Shown one piece after another: positions 9,901 to 12,660 of a DNA stretch of 12,660 bases (its first letter is position 1; each line of letters begins with the position of its first letter). Origin of the DNA: Zygophlyctis sp. KS116 (lineage: Eukaryota > Fungi > Chytridiomycota); contig BAAFSQ010000288.1 of the NCBI GenBank assembly GCA_054661495.1, forward strand, positions 1 to 12,660, in the 5' to 3' direction. The translations under genes were made by a program, and so were the position numbers. The notes beneath the pieces were generated by a model. The model did not search any database. It had not been told where the DNA came from and saw only the letters and a list, made by a program, of their open reading frames with translations.

Positions 9901-10029
9901 GATGATATCAAGTCAAGCAATAGACTGAGCGGCCCGATTAAACCAGGGAGGTCTGCAGCATCATCTCCTCCATCAGGGGATGGAGAAAAGTTCCAACGGG
10001 GAAGTCGATCAATCAAAGGGACTAAATAA
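6978..10029 (+). CDS. PPP4R4: Serine/threonine-protein phosphatase 4 regulatory subunit 4-like HEAT/ARM-repeat protein, about 889 aa; join(6978..7085,7120..7193,7218..7320,7354..7673,7702..7809,7840..7961,7993..8103,8134..8237,8264..8386,8416..8568,8595..8774,8804..8909,8941..9456,9488..10029)
   Basis: Thirteen introns of 24-34 nt restore one frame. PPP4R4-type motifs: LKTDDEIQRFTIDETLDDISKAVYLL, LCQDTDYEVRSAM, RRKCAYNFP, EVRKILAASLHEIAKILG, SWRVH, FSKKYF, DPVPNIRLR, DKQKEEEE, followed by a disordered Ser/Lys-rich tail. The last donor could be 9451 or 9457 (same phase). Confidence 0.88.
9589..9801 (+). repeat. Degenerate tandem duplication (37 aa + 34 aa) in the PPP4R4-like C-terminal tail
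   Basis: LKKGGSPTNSITKISLKSGKGIIGQIQTEKSAPESPI (9589-9699) versus LKRVSPTSSNTKISTKSGRASIVQSDKSIPGSPT (9700-9801). Confidence 0.75.
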
Positions 10030-10056
10030 ATTCATCAATAAGTTACAAATCAAAAT

Positions 10057-11869
10057 CTATTCTACTGCTTGATTGATGGGGTTCCCTTTAGTTATACTAC
10101 AAGATGCTCACCTTTTATTATATTCTTCACTTCATCTGCAGTTAATGTTTCGTACTCTAACAAGCCATTTGCCAACCTATCAAGCTCAACCCTATGTGCA
10201 CCTAATGCCTTTTTCGTTCTATTATACGCATCCTAAGATTAACACATTTTATAATTTACTTCAAGAATCTTGTTAGTTTCTAATTCAGCGATAGCTTTAG
10301 TCTCAGAACTCACTGTCTCCCATGATTTCTCTCCAAACACTGAAAGACCAAATCTTTCATTCATTCCATAAGTCCTGACCATATTTTTAGCGATTTCTGT
10401 AGCATTTTCCAAATCATTGTGAGCACCGGTAGTCACAGAGTCTTTTCCAAATACAAGTTCTTCCGCTACACGACCTCCCATACAAACATCTAGCCGCGCA
10501 AAGAGTTCTTTCTTTGATATAGATACACGATCAGCCTCTGGTAAGGAAACCGTTACACCTAAGGCCATTCCTCTGGGTATAATTGTTACTTTATGCAAAG
10601 GATCGGCATTTTCTGAATAGATTGACATAAGTGCATGACCACCCTTAAATTAATACATTTATCGGTTTTCTCACCTCGTGATATGCAGTAATTAACTTAT
10701 TTTTTGGAGTAATCAATGCGGACTTTCTTTCAGCGCCCATTAAAATTCTATCTTTTGACCATTCTAAATGCTTCATTGTTACAAAATCACAATTATCCTT
10801 TGAAGCCTTTATAGCTGCATTATTAATCAAATTCTTCAAATCGGCCCCAGAAAACCCTGGAGTTCCTCTAGCCAGAATTTCTGGCTGTACTGAAGAATCA
10901 ATCTTGACATTCTTCAAGTGAACCTTTAAGATATTTGCACGACCCCTTAAATCTGGGAGTTGAACTGGTACCATCCTATCGAATCTCCCTGGTCTGATTA
11001 AAGCTTTATCCAGAATTTCTGGAGTATTAGTTGCCCCGATTACAATCACTCCGTCTGAAAATGAAAATCTACAAATTAATATGAAAGAAATACCCATCTA
11101 ATTCCACCAAGAGCTGATTCATAGTCTGCCTAGCAGCATTCCCTTCAGTATGACCACGTTTACCACCAATTGAATCTAATTCATCGATAAATACAATACA
11201 AGGAGCTGCCAGTTTAGCAGCCTTGAATAAATTTCTTATTCTTTTAGCTCCCAAACCCACAAACATTTCTTCAAACTCTGATCCTGAAGCCTGAAAGAAA
11301 TTAACACCCGCTTCTCCTAAAATAATAAGAATCTTATTCATACCTGCAACTGCTTTAGCCAGAAAAGTCTTCCCTGTCCCTGGAGGGCCGTAAAGCAAAA
11401 TACCTTTTGGTAATTTCCCTCCAAGAGTCAAATATCTATCTGGATTTTTCAGAAATTGAACGACTTCCTCCAATTCCTCCTTGGCCTCATCGCACCCTTG
11501 AACATCATCAAAAGTGACAGACTCTTTCATTATAGTTGGAACCACTTCTTCTAGTCCAAACATTCCCATCATTTTTGAATCTGATTGTTGGGATAATAGA
11601 AATGAAGCGACAATGACAAATAGCCCTGCCTTTGCAAAAAACGAAGCGATCTTTAGCGGAATATTTTCCTTTATAACAACTTGAATTGGATCTTTTCCAA
11701 CTTTAAACTGTGATTTTTCCTTTTTCAAAAGTGATTTTATGTAGAATGATGACAAGCGATTCCTCTTCTCGAAATGGGAAATTAGATCGGCATGTTTTCC
11801 GAGTTTAGCAAAGTTCTTGTACATGTCATGTATGAATACTGATCGTTTGACATTTAATCGTTTGAACAT
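10057..11869 (-). CDS. YME1: Mitochondrial i-AAA ATP-dependent zinc metalloprotease (Yme1, FtsH family), about 558 aa; complement(join(10057..10085,10112..10232,10260..10643,10675..11068,11094..11316,11344..11869))
   Basis: Motifs: single TM segment, [32 protein letters not shown], Walker A GPPGTGKT, Walker B VFIDE, second region of homology [20 protein letters not shown] (HExxH, formed across an intron), [28 protein letters not shown]. Introns at 11343-11317, 11093-11069, 10674-10644, 10259-10233 and probably 10111-10086. If the last is unspliced the CDS ends at TAA 10094-10092. Confidence 0.93.
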
Positions 11870-11983
11870 TTTTGGGAGAGGGGCTGGGTTGTAGACCTAA
11901 AGGATTAAAGAAAAAAATTGGGAAAAAATTGGAAAAAAAAAGAAAAAAAATTAGACAAAAAAAAGAAAAAAAAAGAAAAAAAA
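11870..11983. promoter_or_regulatory. 114-nt divergent (bidirectional) promoter region between YME1 and the ZIP gene, with a G-rich box and seven poly(dA) tracts
   Basis: Head-to-head ATGs at 11869 (-) and 11984 (+). GGGAGAGGGGCTGGG lies at 11874-11888; A6-A9 tracts run from 11911 to 11984. Confidence 0.7.
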
Positions 11984-12660
11984 ATGTCTGAAGAATGTCA
12001 AGCAGAGATATCCACAGAATATGATATGCCAATGCACATTGCAAGTGTATTCATTATAATGTCTTTTTCTTTTTTAGGGACAACTATTCCCTTCATATTT
12101 AAAAAGTATTTTTCGACATCTAGTCTGATTTTTCAATCCTCAAAGCTGATTGGTTCTGGTGTGATCTTGTCCACAGCATTCAATCATATGTTAACGGCAG
12201 CATTTGAAAATTTAAATAATCCTTGTGCTGAAATTGAGTATGCGGCGCTCACTGGAGTTTGTGCCTTGATGGGGGTTTTATTCACGCTGGTGATTCAGCT
12301 GATTGCGTCCGAAACTCTTTCTCACTTAGTATCAGAAGAATCCAAAGCAGACAAGGATATACTAACAGAGCATTCTCATAGCCCATCTCCCATGAAAAAA
12401 AATCACAATGAAAATGTTGATTCTCATTTAAATTCTCAAAATAAACAATGTCAGGGAGATATAAACATTTTAGAAATTGGAGAATCTTCTGGACAGGATA
12501 ATTCTTGCTCAGAGTCTCATTCAAATGCTCGTCACAAATATATTGATTCTGGCCACAATCATTCTCATGGTGGTGTAATATCCCATTCTAATAGGATTTC
12601 AGCTTATCTTTTGGAAATGGGAATTGCCATACACTCTATAATAATTGGTGTGGCATTGGG
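11984..12660 (+). CDS. ZIP (Zrt/Irt-like) zinc/iron permease, fungal Zrt1/Zrt2 type; 3' end beyond the window
   Basis: Absent from the ORF track because no stop is reached. Translation from ATG 11984 is open to the window end: MSEECQ..YDMPMHIASVFII..LGTTIP..KLIGSGVILSTAFNHML..AFENLNNPC.., a His-rich loop (GHNHSHGG), and the ZIP TM4 signature AYLLEMGIAIHSIIIGVAL. Confidence 0.92.
   Translation, partial: MSEECQAEISTEYDMPMHIASVFIIMSFSFLGTTIPFIFKKYFSTSSLIFQSSKLIGSGVILSTAFNHMLTAAFENLNNPCAEIEYAALTGVCALMGVLFTLVIQLIASETLSHLVSEESKADKDILTEHSHSPSPMKKNHNENVDSHLNSQNKQCQGDINILEIGESSGQDNSCSESHSNARHKYIDSGHNHSHGGVISHSNRISAYLLEMGIAIHSIIIGVAL

Larger units (their letters stand above)
286..11343. other. Set of 35 ultra-short spliceosomal GT-AG introns (24-34 nt) across five genes
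   Basis: Most remove a stop or frameshift and rejoin a conserved protein frame. Three stop-free in-frame ones (4556-4579, 8104-8133, 11317-11343) and the last YME1 intron are inferred from splice signals and protein motifs. Coordinates are given in the CDS joins. Acceptors: 23 TAG, 8 AAG, 4 CAG. Confidence 0.9.

Noticed and set aside
70-11869. Fragmented ORFs read as pseudogenes, frameshifts, stop-codon readthrough or an alternative genetic code
   Set aside because: Every break coincides with a GT...AG segment of 24-34 nt whose removal restores frame and conserved motifs; all three stop codons terminate genes normally.
10057-11869. Bacterial ftsH
   Set aside because: It has spliceosomal introns, a single TM segment and Yme1-type motifs ([22 protein letters not shown]).
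11874-11922. G-quadruplex in the divergent promoter
   Set aside because: Only three closely spaced G-runs; the fourth is more than 30 nt away.
10073-12524. ORFs 10073-10276 (+), 11826-12044 (-) and 12282-12524 (-)
   Set aside because: Antisense to YME1 or ZIP exons; the Phe-rich ORF is just the translated poly(T) promoter tract.

Overview
This is eukaryotic nuclear DNA: AT-rich, standard genetic code (TAA, TAG and TGA all end genes), and extremely compact. The ORF track is fragmented because the genes are interrupted by many ultra-short GT-AG introns. By hand I resolve 35 introns of 24-34 nt (mean about 28). Splicing them gives six genes: a short LIS1/Pac1-like WD40 protein (70-733, +), a BROMI/TBC1D32 homologue (733-4365, +), a Sec1/Munc18 protein (4411-6903, +), a PPP4R4-like HEAT-repeat phosphatase regulator (6978-10029, +), the mitochondrial i-AAA protease Yme1 (11869-10057, -) and a ZIP/Zrt zinc transporter (11984 to window end, +). 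Spacers between coding regions are -1, 45, 74, 27 and 114 nt. Gene content (cilium-associated BROMI, fungal-type Zrt and Sec1) suggests a flagellated early-diverging fungus such as a chytrid or rozellid; this is inference only. I see no mobile element, RNA gene or CRISPR array, and no clearly new pathway. The notable features are architectural: tiny introns, a TGATG stop/start overlap, promoter-like motifs packed into minimal spacers or into coding sequence, and a truncated LIS1-like protein. All family calls rest on remembered motifs, not database searches.
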